Source of the DNA: Candidatus Limnocylindrales bacterium
Lineage (GTDB): Bacteria > Chloroflexota > Limnocylindria > Limnocylindrales > CSP1-4
NCBI GenBank assembly: GCA_038248915.1
Contig: JBBRXB010000002.1
Span: 128,622-192,621, forward strand
Direction: 5' to 3'
Length of the DNA: 64,000 nt
Shown one piece after another: positions 1 to 9,353 of this stretch; the stretch's first letter is position 1, and the number at the start of each line of letters is the position of its first letter. The position numbers were made by a program, and so were the translations under genes. The notes under the pieces are model-generated. The model was not told the origin of the DNA, searched no databases, and saw only the letters and a program-made list of their open reading frames with translations.

Positions 1-1631
1 CCACTGAGGAAGTTGTAGAAGTACGGCACGCCGATCGGGACGTCGTCGTTGAGGATCGTCTCGATCTTGCCGCAGGCCGTCTTCTGGGCATCGACGCCGA
101 CCGATGTCTGGAATTCCTTGAAGGCGGCGTCGTACGCCGCCGACGAGTACTGGGATGCGTTCCAGACGCCCTTTGTCGACAATGCCGAGTTCAGGTAGAC
201 GTCCGGTGTGGCCCGATGCCCATAGTCGACGATGCCGAGTTCGGCGGAGCCGGAGCACGGTGGATCGGCCGGAGCCGCCGGGCACCACTGGGCCCCGTAG
301 AACGTGTCGAGGCTCTCGACCGCGACCGTCAAGTTGATCCCCGCTTGCTCGGCCTGACTCTTGAGGAGCGTCGCCAGGTCCGGGATCTCCAGGATCTGGC
401 CGCAGTGCAGTGTCGCCGACAGCCCGGTCGCGCCAGCATCCGACAACAGCTGCTTGGCCATGTCGATGTTCTGCGCCCGCTGGGGAACGGATGGATCGAA
501 GTACGGGTAGACCGGCGCGATGACATGGTCATTGCCCAGGTCAGCCTTGCCCTGGAACAGCGTCTGGATGAGCGCCGGTCGGTCGAACGTCAGGGCCAGC
601 GCCTGGCGGACCCGCTTGTCGACGAACTGTCCTTTATCGGTGCGCATCCAGATCTGCCGGTGGAGGGCCGCCTGGAGGGCGACACTATTGAAGTTCGGAT
701 CGTCCAGCAGGCTCTTTCCGGAGAGGATGTCGAACTGGATGATCACGTCGACCTGCCCGCCCTGATAGGCGGTGACCATCGGTCCGGTCGCGTCGAAATA
801 GATCCATTCGACCGTGTCGAGGGGGGTCGAGGTGCCCCACCAGGCATCGTTCCGCGCGAACGTCGCACCGGAGGCCTGGTTGTATTTCGTGAGCTTCCAG
901 GCGCCGGTGCCGTTCGGCTTCTGGTCGAGTGTCGTGCCGGTCGTGAACGCGACCGGTGTGATCAGGGTCTGGGCATTGAAGACTGACACGAGGTACGGGA
1001 AGTTGCCGTTGGCGGTCACCAGGTTGAAGGTGACCGTGTTTGCGTCGGTCGCGACCGCGCCGCCGGCTGCCAGCACGCCCTTGAGGCCGGAGTTGCCGGA
1101 TGTGACGAGGCGCTCCATCGTGGCCACGACGTCGGCCGAGGAGAAATCCGTGCCGTCCTGCCACTTGACGCCCTGGCGGAGATCGAAGGTCCATACGTTG
1201 CCAGTGTCGTTCGGGGTCCACTTGGTGGCCAGACCCGGAGCGAGTGCCACGAGTGGCTGACTGGGGTCCGAGGTGCACAGGAACTCGAACACCATCGCGG
1301 TCGTGCCGTATGACCCAAGATCCTGCATCAGGATCGGATCCAGGGGGCCCGACGGCCGCTGTGCCGCGACACGGATCGTGCCGCCGGCGACGGGCGGAGC
1401 GGCACTCGCGCCAGAGCTCGCGCCCGTCGTCGGGGCCGCCCCGGAGGCGCCCGGCGTCGAACTGCTGCAGGCGGCGATGACCGCGCTGATCGAGGCCATC
1501 GACAGGCCCACGATGGCGCCTCGTTGGATGAACTCACGGCGACTCAATCGTCCGCGGGCGAAGGACTCGACGACGTCCAGCTGCAGAGGGGTGGTGGTCC
1601 CGCGAATCTTGTCAAGCTTTGGATAGTCCAT
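1..1631 (-). CDS. ABC transporter substrate-binding protein, family 5 (peptide/nickel type); C-terminus lies beyond the left window edge
   Basis: Absent from the ORF track because there is no stop inside the window. My translation of the minus strand from ATG 1631..1629 (GGAGGA about 11 nt upstream) gives MDYPKLDKIRGTTTPLQLDVVESFARGRLSRREFIQRGAIVGLSMASISAVIAACSSS..., with a Tat-like SRREF motif and a lipobox-like AAC. It continues ...LATKWTPNDTGNVWTFDLRQGVKWQDGTDFSSADVVATMERL..., typical of SBP family 5. Confidence 0.8.
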   Translation of the reverse strand, partial: MDYPKLDKIRGTTTPLQLDVVESFARGRLSRREFIQRGAIVGLSMASISAVIAACSSSTPGASGAAPTTGASSGASAAPPVAGGTIRVAAQRPSGPLDPILMQDLGSYGTTAMVFEFLCTSDPSQPLVALAPGLATKWTPNDTGNVWTFDLRQGVKWQDGTDFSSADVVATMERLVTSGNSGLKGVLAAGGAVATDANTVTFNLVTANGNFPYLVSVFNAQTLITPVAFTTGTTLDQKPNGTGAWKLTKYNQASGATFARNDAWWGTSTPLDTVEWIYFDATGPMVTAYQGGQVDVIIQFDILSGKSLLDDPNFNSVALQAALHRQIWMRTDKGQFVDKRVRQALALTFDRPALIQTLFQGKADLGNDHVIAPVYPYFDPSVPQRAQNIDMAKQLLSDAGATGLSATLHCGQILEIPDLATLLKSQAEQAGINLTVAVESLDTFYGAQWCPAAPADPPCSGSAELGIVDYGHRATPDVYLNSALSTKGVWNASQYSSAAYDAAFKEFQTSVGVDAQKTACGKIETILNDDVPIGVPYFYNFLS

Positions 1632-1849
1632 GGTTTCCTAGGTCCTCCAGAGAGCACGACCTGGCGGCGACGAGCACATGGAAGGCATCGTTCGCGAAGA
1701 CTCCCCAGTCCGACATCACATTCCTCCAGTCGGACGGCGGAGTGTCTCGGAACGGTACCGGCGCCCCACCCCACTGTCAACGGAACCCGACACCACGGGT
1801 CGTGGGCCGCCACGCAGCCTGCGGTCGCTTCGTGCGCGATACTCCGTCC

Positions 1850-2956
1850 GTGCGCATCACCGCCATCCGACTCGAACGTCTCGTCCTGCCGTTGGACCCG
1901 CCGTTCGCGGCCGCCTGGGACCCCGAGCCGCGGCGTTCGTTCGCGGCCACCATCGTCCGGGTCGAGACTGACGCAGGCGTGGTCGGCGTCGGGTCGGGTG
2001 ACACGATGGATGGCTTCGCGGCGTTCGAGCACCTGTTCGTGGGGCGCGATCCGCTCACGATCGCGCGGCACGTGCGGACGCTCGAGACGATCGACTTCCA
2101 CGCCGGCCGCTACTGGCCGCTCGAAGCGGCGCTGTGGGACATCATCGGTCAGGTGGCGGGGCTTCCAGTCGCGACGCTGTTCGGTGGCGCCCTGGACGGC
2201 ATCCCGGCCTACGCCTCGTGCGGCAGCCTCCTTCGACCAGCGGAGCGCGCCGAATCGGCGCTCCGCCTGCGCGAGGAGGGCTTCACCGCCCTCAAGATCC
2301 GGATCGACCCGCGGCGGCTCGACGACGGACTCGCGGCGGTCACCGCGACCCGGGCGGCCGTGGGCGACTCGATGGCGATCATGGTCGACCTCAACCAGGG
2401 CTGGCGGATGGCCGGCGACATGACCCGTTCGATCGACCCGGTGGCTGCGCGGGGGATCGCCTGGCGGCTCGCGGACGAGGGCGTCCTGTGGCTGGAGGAG
2501 CCGCTCGCCGGCACGGACCTCCGCGGCCTTGCGGCGCTGCGTGCCTCTGCCTCTGGTATCCGCATCGCCGGGGGCGAGATGACCCGGACGTTCCAGGAGC
2601 TGCTCGCCGCGGTCGAGGCGGATGCGTTCGACGTCCACCAGCCCGATGTCGTCCTGACCGGGATGCTCCGGGCGCGGACGCTCGGGGATCTCGCGCTCGC
2701 CCGGAATCGATGGTTCACGCCGCATACCTGGACGAACGGGATCGGGCTGCTGGCCAACCTGCATGTCGCGGCCGGGGTTGGTGGTGGCCCCTACATCGAG
2801 TTCCCCCACGATCCGCCCGGCTGGACCCCGGAACGGCGAGATTTCATGCTCGCGGAGCCGATCCGGCCCGGCCCGGACGGCATCCTGCGGGTGCCGACGA
2901 CGCCTGGGCTCGGCATCGTCCTCGACGAGGCGGCCGTCCGCCGGTACGCCGCGTGA
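1850..2956 (+). CDS. Enolase-superfamily enzyme (mandelate racemase / muconate lactonizing enzyme family)
   Basis: Track ORF 1619..2956. The conserved part begins at in-frame GTG 1850 (VRITAIRLERLVLPL...; alternative GTG 1832). Family-like segments: FTALKIRIDP, MVDLNQGW, LWLEEPL, IAGGE. The stop overlaps the next start (GTGA 2953..2956). Confidence 0.8.
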   Translation: MRITAIRLERLVLPLDPPFAAAWDPEPRRSFAATIVRVETDAGVVGVGSGDTMDGFAAFEHLFVGRDPLTIARHVRTLETIDFHAGRYWPLEAALWDIIGQVAGLPVATLFGGALDGIPAYASCGSLLRPAERAESALRLREEGFTALKIRIDPRRLDDGLAAVTATRAAVGDSMAIMVDLNQGWRMAGDMTRSIDPVAARGIAWRLADEGVLWLEEPLAGTDLRGLAALRASASGIRIAGGEMTRTFQELLAAVEADAFDVHQPDVVLTGMLRARTLGDLALARNRWFTPHTWTNGIGLLANLHVAAGVGGGPYIEFPHDPPGWTPERRDFMLAEPIRPGPDGILRVPTTPGLGIVLDEAAVRRYAA

Positions 2957-4467
2957 CGATCGAGACCACGCCCCCGACCGCCGCCGACTGGATCGCACGT
3001 GCCGCCGCCGCCGCCCCCCGGACCGAGCTGTTCATCGACGGTCGGTTCGTGTCGTCCGCGTCCGGCCGCACCTTCGACGACATCGCCGGCCGGGATGGCA
3101 GCCGGATAGCGGCGGTCGCGGAGGGCGGCGCAGAGGACGTCGACCGAGCCGTCGCCGCTGCACGCCGGTCCTTCGACGACCGGCGCTGGAGCGACACGCC
3201 GCCGACGGCCCGCAAGGCGGTCCTGCTCCGGCTCGCGGCGCTCGTCCGCGACCACACGGACGAGCTGGCGCTGCTCGAGTCGCTCGACGTCGGCAAGCCG
3301 ATCCGCGACACCCTCAACGTCGACATCCCGAGCGCCGCCACGACCCTCCAGTGGTACGCCGAGACGATCGACAAGACCTACGGCGAGGTCGGGCCGACCG
3401 GGCCTGACGCCCTGTCGCTGGTGACCCGCGAGCCGATCGGGGTCGTGGCCGCGATCGTGCCCTGGAATTACCCGATGATCATCAGCGCGTGGAAGCTCGG
3501 TGCCGCGCTGGCGACCGGAAATTCAGTCGTGCTCAAGCCGGCCAGCCAGTCGCCGCTGACCGCGCTCAGGCTGGCCGAGCTGGCCACCGAGGCCGGCCTG
3601 CCGGATGGGGTCCTCAACGTCGTGACCGGCCCGGGCGCGGTCATCGGCGACGCACTGGCCCGGCATCCGGGCGTCGACAAGATCGCCTTCACCGGCTCCA
3701 CGGAAGTCGGGCGCTCGCTGCTCCGGGCTGTCGGCGAGTCGGACGTCAAGGCCATCTCGCTGGAGCTCGGTGGCAAGAGCCCGCAGGTCGTGCTGGCGGA
3801 CGTCGGCGACCTCGGCGCGGCCGCCTCGGCGATCGGCTGGGGGATCTTCTACAACAGCGGCCAGACCTGCAATGCGGGCTCGCGGCTCGTCGTCCATCGA
3901 TCGGTCCGGGAGGAGCTGGTCGAGCGTGTCGCGGCGCTCGGCCGGAAGCTGGCCCCGGGCGAGCCGCTCGACCCGCGCACCCGGCTCGGCTCGATCGTCG
4001 ACGACCGGCAGCTGGCCAAGGTGCTCGGCTACGTTGATCTCGGACGCGAAGAGGGTGCCCGGGTCGTGGCCGGCGGGGAGCGCGTGCGCGCGGAGACCGG
4101 CGGCTACTTCATCGAGCCGACGATCCTCGACGGCGTCGCCAACACGATGCGCGTGGCGCGCGAGGAGATCTTCGGGCCGGTCCTGACCGTGACCGAGTTC
4201 GACGACGAGGAGGACGCGATCGCCATCGCCAACGATTCGCCGTACGGCCTGGCGGCCGGGCTCTGGACGCGGGACGTCAACCGCGCCCACCGGCTGTCGC
4301 GCCGGATCCGGGCGGGAGTCGTGTGGGTCAACACCTTCGACACCGCCGACATCACGGTCCCGTTCGGTGGCTACAAGCAATCGGGCTTCGGGCGCGACAA
4401 GGGCCTCCACGCCCTCGACGGATACACCCAGCTCAAAACGACCTGGTTCGACCTGTCCGGCCGATAA
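2953..4467 (+). CDS. NAD(P)-dependent aldehyde dehydrogenase
   Basis: Track ORF 2134..4467, but the N-terminal 273 aa are Arg/Pro/Gly junk. The real start is most likely in-frame GTG 2953 (VTIETTPPTAADW...). ALDH motifs are present: FTGSTEVG, ELGGKSP (catalytic Glu), GQTCNAGSR (catalytic Cys). Confidence 0.9.
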   Translation: MTIETTPPTAADWIARAAAAAPRTELFIDGRFVSSASGRTFDDIAGRDGSRIAAVAEGGAEDVDRAVAAARRSFDDRRWSDTPPTARKAVLLRLAALVRDHTDELALLESLDVGKPIRDTLNVDIPSAATTLQWYAETIDKTYGEVGPTGPDALSLVTREPIGVVAAIVPWNYPMIISAWKLGAALATGNSVVLKPASQSPLTALRLAELATEAGLPDGVLNVVTGPGAVIGDALARHPGVDKIAFTGSTEVGRSLLRAVGESDVKAISLELGGKSPQVVLADVGDLGAAASAIGWGIFYNSGQTCNAGSRLVVHRSVREELVERVAALGRKLAPGEPLDPRTRLGSIVDDRQLAKVLGYVDLGREEGARVVAGGERVRAETGGYFIEPTILDGVANTMRVAREEIFGPVLTVTEFDDEEDAIAIANDSPYGLAAGLWTRDVNRAHRLSRRIRAGVVWVNTFDTADITVPFGGYKQSGFGRDKGLHALDGYTQLKTTWFDLSGR

Positions 4468-4561
4468 CGGGTCACCCTCGCCATTCCCGAGCGGTACACT
4501 CGGCGTTCGCACAGACGAACGTGTCGTCGAGAGGGTTCCGCGCATCTCAGGGGTGGTTGAC

Positions 4562-4972
4562 ATGACTGAACCGACGGGGACGGCGTCGGCCGGCGCCGCG
4601 AAGGACGAATCCACGAACCCGGAGCCGACCCGGGCCGAGATCGACGAGTGGGCCGCACAGGAGCGGACCCGCCGGGCGGCCTGGCTGAACGGCCCGTCCG
4701 ATGAGGAGCGCGAGGCCTACGCCCAGCGGCTCCGCCACCGGCGTCTGGCAGACACCTTCGACGAGGGTGAGGCGATCATCGCCGACAGCGTCCGGCGCGG
4801 GATGCGGCTCGGTCGCGAGGGACAGCTGGCCACCGAAGGGGCGGTCGCGCTGCTGTACCGGTTCTCGCGACGGACCTTCGCCGAGCTCGTCCGGGCCGGT
4901 CGCGAGTGGGAGGAGGAGACTTCGCTCCCCACCCGCCGTCGACGCGTGTCCCTGGATGACGAGGGCTCCTGA
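4562..4972 (+). CDS. Hypothetical protein (136 aa, charged/helical)
   Basis: In-frame ATG 4562 inside track ORF 4367..4972 (MTEPTGTASAGAAKDESTNPEPTRAEIDEWAAQERTRRAAWLNGPSDEEREAY...). The composition looks coding. I recognise no family. Confidence 0.5.
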   Translation: MTEPTGTASAGAAKDESTNPEPTRAEIDEWAAQERTRRAAWLNGPSDEEREAYAQRLRHRRLADTFDEGEAIIADSVRRGMRLGREGQLATEGAVALLYRFSRRTFAELVRAGREWEEETSLPTRRRRVSLDDEGS

Positions 4973-5064
4973 CGCTCCGATCCCGCGCCACGGCGTCCGG
5001 TAACGGCCCCAGCGAGGCAGCCGATCCGCCAGCGCCTCCTCGCCGCTGACCAGGACGACCCGAC

Positions 5065-6768
5065 ATGCGAACGCTGTTCAAGCACCCACGCCGGGTCTGG
5101 CACGTCCTCGCGGTCTTCTTCCGATTCTTCATCTCGCCGGCCCTGCGCCTGCCGCGCGCCGACCGGCGGAGCGGGCCGGTCCGGATGCGGATCGCCTTCG
5201 AGCAGCTGGGCGGCGCCTGGATCAAGCTCGGGCAGATGCTGGCGCTGCGGTTCGACCTGCTGCCGGCGGCCTACTGCGACGAGCTGTTCAAGCTGCTCAA
5301 CCAGGTCGCGCCGTTCCCGTACTCGGACGTCCAGGCGATCATCCGGAGGGAGCTCGGGGCGGACCCGGAGGCCATCTTCGCGTCGTTCAGCCACGAGTCG
5401 TTCGCGGCGGCCTCGATCGGCCAGGTCCACCGGGCGACGCTCCGCAACGGTGAGGCGGTCGCCGTCAAGGTCCAGCGGCCGCGCATCCGCGAGACGCTGG
5501 CCGCCGATATCGCGCTGATGTACTCGATGACCTGGCTCCTCGATTGGACCCACCTGTTCGGCGCCACCCGCAGCCGCGAGGTCATCGACGAGTTCGCGCG
5601 CTGGACGGCGGACGAGCTCGACTACCTCGTCGAGGCGCGACAGGCGGTCCTGCTGCATCAGAACGCCCGGGGCGACAAGTTCGAGCGGATCGCCCGGGTC
5701 CACCGCGACTACACGACGTCGCGGGTGCTGACGACGGAGCTCATCGTCGGCATCCCGCTGGTCGACATCATGGTCGCCCGGCGCGAGGGCAACACCGCCT
5801 ATCTCGAGGCCCTCGCTGCGCGCGGCCACGACCTCGACCGGATCGTCCGGAACCTCGACTGGAACATGCTCAACCAGGTCTATGTGTTCGGCTACTTCCA
5901 TGCCGATCTGCACCCGGCCAACCTGTTCATCCTGCCCGGCGACGCGATCGGCTACGTCGATTTCGGGATCGTCGGCCAGCTCCCGGACCGGGTCCGTGAT
6001 TCGCTCAGCCGCTACAGCTGGCTGCTGTTCCGCGGCGAGGTCGAGGCAGCCGTCCGCGAGCTGATGCGCTGGCTGGCGCCCGGTCCCGCGACCGATACCA
6101 ACGCTGCGCGCTGGCGACTCATCCGTCTCCACCAGGCGTTCCTGTACGAGACGGTGGCCGACCGATCGCGGACCACCGCCGATGCGCCCGGACCGGCCCG
6201 CCATGGCGAGAACCCGTACTCGAAGCTGGCGGTCGATATCCTCGAGACGATCCGCGAGCAGCAGCTGACGATGTCACCGAGCATCGTCGGCTACCTCAAG
6301 ATGCTGGTCACGCTCGGGACGCTTCGGCACCAGCTGGCGATCGAGTACGACCTTCAGGACAACGTCCGGCGGTTCGTCCGCAAGCTGGCGCGTCAGCAGG
6401 GGATCGCCTGGCTCGACCCACGGCGGACCATCGACCGCCTGTACGCGGGCACCGGTCGCCTGCAGCGAGCCCTCGAGTTCATGGAATTCCTCGAAGCCCA
6501 GGAGCCGGTCATCACCGAGGCGACCAGCTCACTGTTCGGCGTCCGGAACCGGCTCCGGCGGGCGAAGCGGCGGCTGGTGACGATCGGCGGGGCGGTGCTC
6601 CTCGTCGGCGCGGTCCTGTATCTCGTGCTCGTCTTTCCGGATGACACTCGCCGTATCCTGCCCCAGGGGATGGACTACACCTGGACCCAGATCGGTTTGC
6701 TGGTCGTCCTCCTGATCCTCATCGCCGGTCTCATCCGGAACATGCGTGGCATCGGCGACGAGGACTGA
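5065..6768 (+). CDS. ABC1/UbiB-family atypical kinase (AarF domain) with C-terminal TM helices
   Basis: 567 aa ORF. Contains FEQLGGAWIKLGQMLALRFDLLP, AAASIGQVHRATLRNGEAVAVKVQRP and YFHADLHPANLF, all characteristic of ABC1/UbiB proteins. Hydrophobic C-terminal segments are present. Confidence 0.85.
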   Translation: MRTLFKHPRRVWHVLAVFFRFFISPALRLPRADRRSGPVRMRIAFEQLGGAWIKLGQMLALRFDLLPAAYCDELFKLLNQVAPFPYSDVQAIIRRELGADPEAIFASFSHESFAAASIGQVHRATLRNGEAVAVKVQRPRIRETLAADIALMYSMTWLLDWTHLFGATRSREVIDEFARWTADELDYLVEARQAVLLHQNARGDKFERIARVHRDYTTSRVLTTELIVGIPLVDIMVARREGNTAYLEALAARGHDLDRIVRNLDWNMLNQVYVFGYFHADLHPANLFILPGDAIGYVDFGIVGQLPDRVRDSLSRYSWLLFRGEVEAAVRELMRWLAPGPATDTNAARWRLIRLHQAFLYETVADRSRTTADAPGPARHGENPYSKLAVDILETIREQQLTMSPSIVGYLKMLVTLGTLRHQLAIEYDLQDNVRRFVRKLARQQGIAWLDPRRTIDRLYAGTGRLQRALEFMEFLEAQEPVITEATSSLFGVRNRLRRAKRRLVTIGGAVLLVGAVLYLVLVFPDDTRRILPQGMDYTWTQIGLLVVLLILIAGLIRNMRGIGDED

Positions 6769-6779
6769 CGGTCGGTCGC

Positions 6780-8348
6780 TCAGCCATGCCGGTCGTCCGT
6801 CCAGCGCGCGACGTTCGAGAGGATGAGCTCCGGCCGGGCGTAGCCAGCCGACAACAGCTGGTGATAGAAGGCTTCCTCGGCCGAGCGGACCGGCTGCCGG
6901 CAGGTCGCCCGGTAGCCCTCGAGGTCGAAGCCGTCCACGAGCGGCGCCAGTGCATCGCCCAGCAGCTGCACGGTGCCGCTGCCCTCATCGAACTGCTCCT
7001 TGGTCCGCCACACGATGTCGGCCGGGAGGAGATCCTCGCAGGCTTTCCGCAGGATCCACTTCTCGACGAGCCCGCCGTCGTCCGCGGCGACCATCTTGAG
7101 CTCGGGCGGGACGCTCAGCGCAAGCTCGATGAAACGGGTGTCGAGGAAGGGCACTCGACCTTCGAGGCCATGGACCATCGTCAGCCGGTCCACACGCTGC
7201 AGGTTGATGTGGTGGAGCGCCGCGACCGATCGACGGAGCTCGCGGTGGAGGACCGCCGGATCGCCGATCGACTTGTGGTAGGCATAGCCGGCAAACAGCT
7301 CGTCAGCGCCCTCGCCGGTCAAAATCACCTTGACGTGGTCCGCGGCCATCCGCGAGCAGAAATACGTCGGGATCGCGCTTCGCACGAGGTCCTGGTCGAA
7401 CGACTCGAGTGCGTGGACGATCTCGGGCAGCTTCTCGATGACCTCATCCACGGTCATCAGGAACTCGTGGTGGATCGATCCGATGTGGGCCGCCACCCGG
7501 CGAGCCGCCATGACGTCGGGCGAGCCCGGCAGGCCGACCGAGAACGTGTGCAGCTCCGCGACATGGGGTCGGGCGAGGGCGGCCAGCACGCTCGAGTCCA
7601 GGCCGCCCGACAGGAATGCCCCGACCGGCACATCGCTCATCAGGTGCGAGACGACTGCAGCCTCCAGACCCTCACGGATGACTCGCGCGTGCTCGTCCGG
7701 CGTCCGTTCGACCGGTAAGCCTCTCGGGACCTCGTAGTAGCGGGCGAACCCGGAACGACTGTCGAACGACGTCCCCGCTGGGAACTCCTCGAGCTCATCG
7801 ACCCAATCGGCTAGTGCCTTCAGCTCCGAGGCGAAGGCAAGGACCGGCCGCCCGGCGCCGTCAAGACCCCGACCGTAGTAGAGCGGCTTGATACCGATCG
7901 GATCGCGCGCCAGAAAGAGGCGGGCGAGGCTGTCGCTCCCGGCGCCGGCGTGCCCGCCGGCGTCCGTGATGCCCCCGCCATCCGCGACCGCGAACGCGAA
8001 CATGCCGTCGAGGGCCAGCGGCGTGGCATCGGCCCGCTCTTCGAAGAGGTGCAGGACCGCCTCCGTGTCGCTTGTGGTCACGAATGTATGACGATCGACA
8101 AGGCTCGCCCGAAGATCGGGGAAGTTGTAGATCTCGCCATTCGCGACGATCGCCGAGTCCCCGCTCTCGTCGTAGAGCGGCTGGGCGCCGCCATCGGGAT
8201 CCATGATCGCCAGCCGTCGGTGGCCGATGACGCCGGCGGACCCCACGTGGATCCCCGAACCATCGGGACCCCGGTGGGCGATCTCGCGCATCATCCGCTC
8301 GACGAGGGCGCGATCGCAGCTTCCCCAGATCCCCGCGATGCCACACAT
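6780..8348 (-). CDS. asnB: Asparagine synthase (glutamine-hydrolysing)
   Basis: Track ORF 6780..8441. The start is most likely the internal Met giving MCGIAGIWGS, i.e. an Ntn-amidotransferase Cys2 nucleophile. The synthetase-domain pyrophosphatase motif FLSGGLDSS is present. Confidence 0.9.
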   Translation of the reverse strand: MCGIAGIWGSCDRALVERMMREIAHRGPDGSGIHVGSAGVIGHRRLAIMDPDGGAQPLYDESGDSAIVANGEIYNFPDLRASLVDRHTFVTTSDTEAVLHLFEERADATPLALDGMFAFAVADGGGITDAGGHAGAGSDSLARLFLARDPIGIKPLYYGRGLDGAGRPVLAFASELKALADWVDELEEFPAGTSFDSRSGFARYYEVPRGLPVERTPDEHARVIREGLEAAVVSHLMSDVPVGAFLSGGLDSSVLAALARPHVAELHTFSVGLPGSPDVMAARRVAAHIGSIHHEFLMTVDEVIEKLPEIVHALESFDQDLVRSAIPTYFCSRMAADHVKVILTGEGADELFAGYAYHKSIGDPAVLHRELRRSVAALHHINLQRVDRLTMVHGLEGRVPFLDTRFIELALSVPPELKMVAADDGGLVEKWILRKACEDLLPADIVWRTKEQFDEGSGTVQLLGDALAPLVDGFDLEGYRATCRQPVRSAEEAFYHQLLSAGYARPELILSNVARWTDDRHG

Positions 8349-8425
8349 CGGGTGCATCGTAGCCGCAGTTGCCTCTTGTGCACATGCCATTGCATGTGAC
8401 GCACCGTCTGTGGCACCGTTCCCCG

Positions 8426-9238
8426 GTGACCGACGATCCATCGAACAGTCTCCGACGCGCCCTCGATCTGCTCGACGCGCTGGCCTCCGATGGCGCGCTG
8501 GCCGAGGGCGGCTGGGGTGTCAATCGGTTGGCGGCGCAGCTCGGCCGCGACAAGAGCCAGGTCTCTCGAACGCTCCGGGTCCTGGCCGACGCCGGCTACA
8601 TCGAGCGGGACGCAGCGTCGTTGCGCTACCGCATCGGTTGGCATCTCTTTGCGCTGGCCGCCCGGGCCGGCGATCAACGGCTGCTGACCGCGGCCGCCCC
8701 GATCCTGCGCCGGCTGGCCGAGCACGACCTCGGCGAACGCACCCACCTGACCGTCCTGCGCGGGACCGAGGTCCTGACGATCCTCACCCAGGCGTCCCAT
8801 CACTCGGTCCAGTCGATCGCGTGGACCGGCCGGCTCGTCCCGGCGCACACCACATCATCGGGCCGATCGCTGCTGATCGATCTCGATCGAGACGAGCTTG
8901 AGCGCGTCTTCGCCGATATCCGGTTCGGCGGTGGTGGCCCGAATGCGGCGCATGACGTCGCACAGCTCCACGAGCGGATCCTGGTCGCCCGGCAGCTCGG
9001 GTTCGCGCTCGTCGACGAGGAGTTCGAGGCCGGTCTCGTGGCCGCCTCCGCGCCGATCCGCGGCATCCGCGGCGACGTCGTGGCCGCGCTCAACGTCTCC
9101 GGCCCGAAGTTTCGGCTGGGGCCTCGCCTGCCGGCCGCAGGACTGATCGTCAGAGCCGCCGCCGACGCGTTGTCCGCGGAACTCGGCTGGCAGCCCGCCG
9201 CACCCAGGCGGCTGGCCATGCCCTCGAGGCGGCCATGA
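8426..9238 (+). CDS. IclR-family transcriptional regulator
   Basis: Track ORF 8369..9238; the likely start is in-frame GTG 8426 (VTDDPSNSLRRALDLLDAL...). N-terminal wHTH (NRLAAQLGRDKSQVSRTLRVLADAGYIERD) followed by an IclR effector-domain-like C-terminus. It lies upstream of the mttB/sox operon on the same strand. Confidence 0.8.
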   Translation: MTDDPSNSLRRALDLLDALASDGALAEGGWGVNRLAAQLGRDKSQVSRTLRVLADAGYIERDAASLRYRIGWHLFALAARAGDQRLLTAAAPILRRLAEHDLGERTHLTVLRGTEVLTILTQASHHSVQSIAWTGRLVPAHTTSSGRSLLIDLDRDELERVFADIRFGGGGPNAAHDVAQLHERILVARQLGFALVDEEFEAGLVAASAPIRGIRGDVVAALNVSGPKFRLGPRLPAAGLIVRAAADALSAELGWQPAAPRRLAMPSRRP

Positions 9239-9353
9239 GCCGGCCGGACCGCCGGCTCCGGCAGCACGACTGGCCGGCGGCCGCGATACTTGGCCGGTCC
9301 GCCGATGCCGACGGAGCGACGTCGGGTCGCACGAGCGCAAGGGAGATGGCTTC

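Noticed and set aside
216-1626. Several 60-256 aa ORFs on both strands at the left edge (216..986 +, 685..1278 -, 1273..1626 +, and others)
   Set aside because: All are off-frame or antisense relative to the edge-truncated substrate-binding protein gene, which the track omits because it has no stop in the window.
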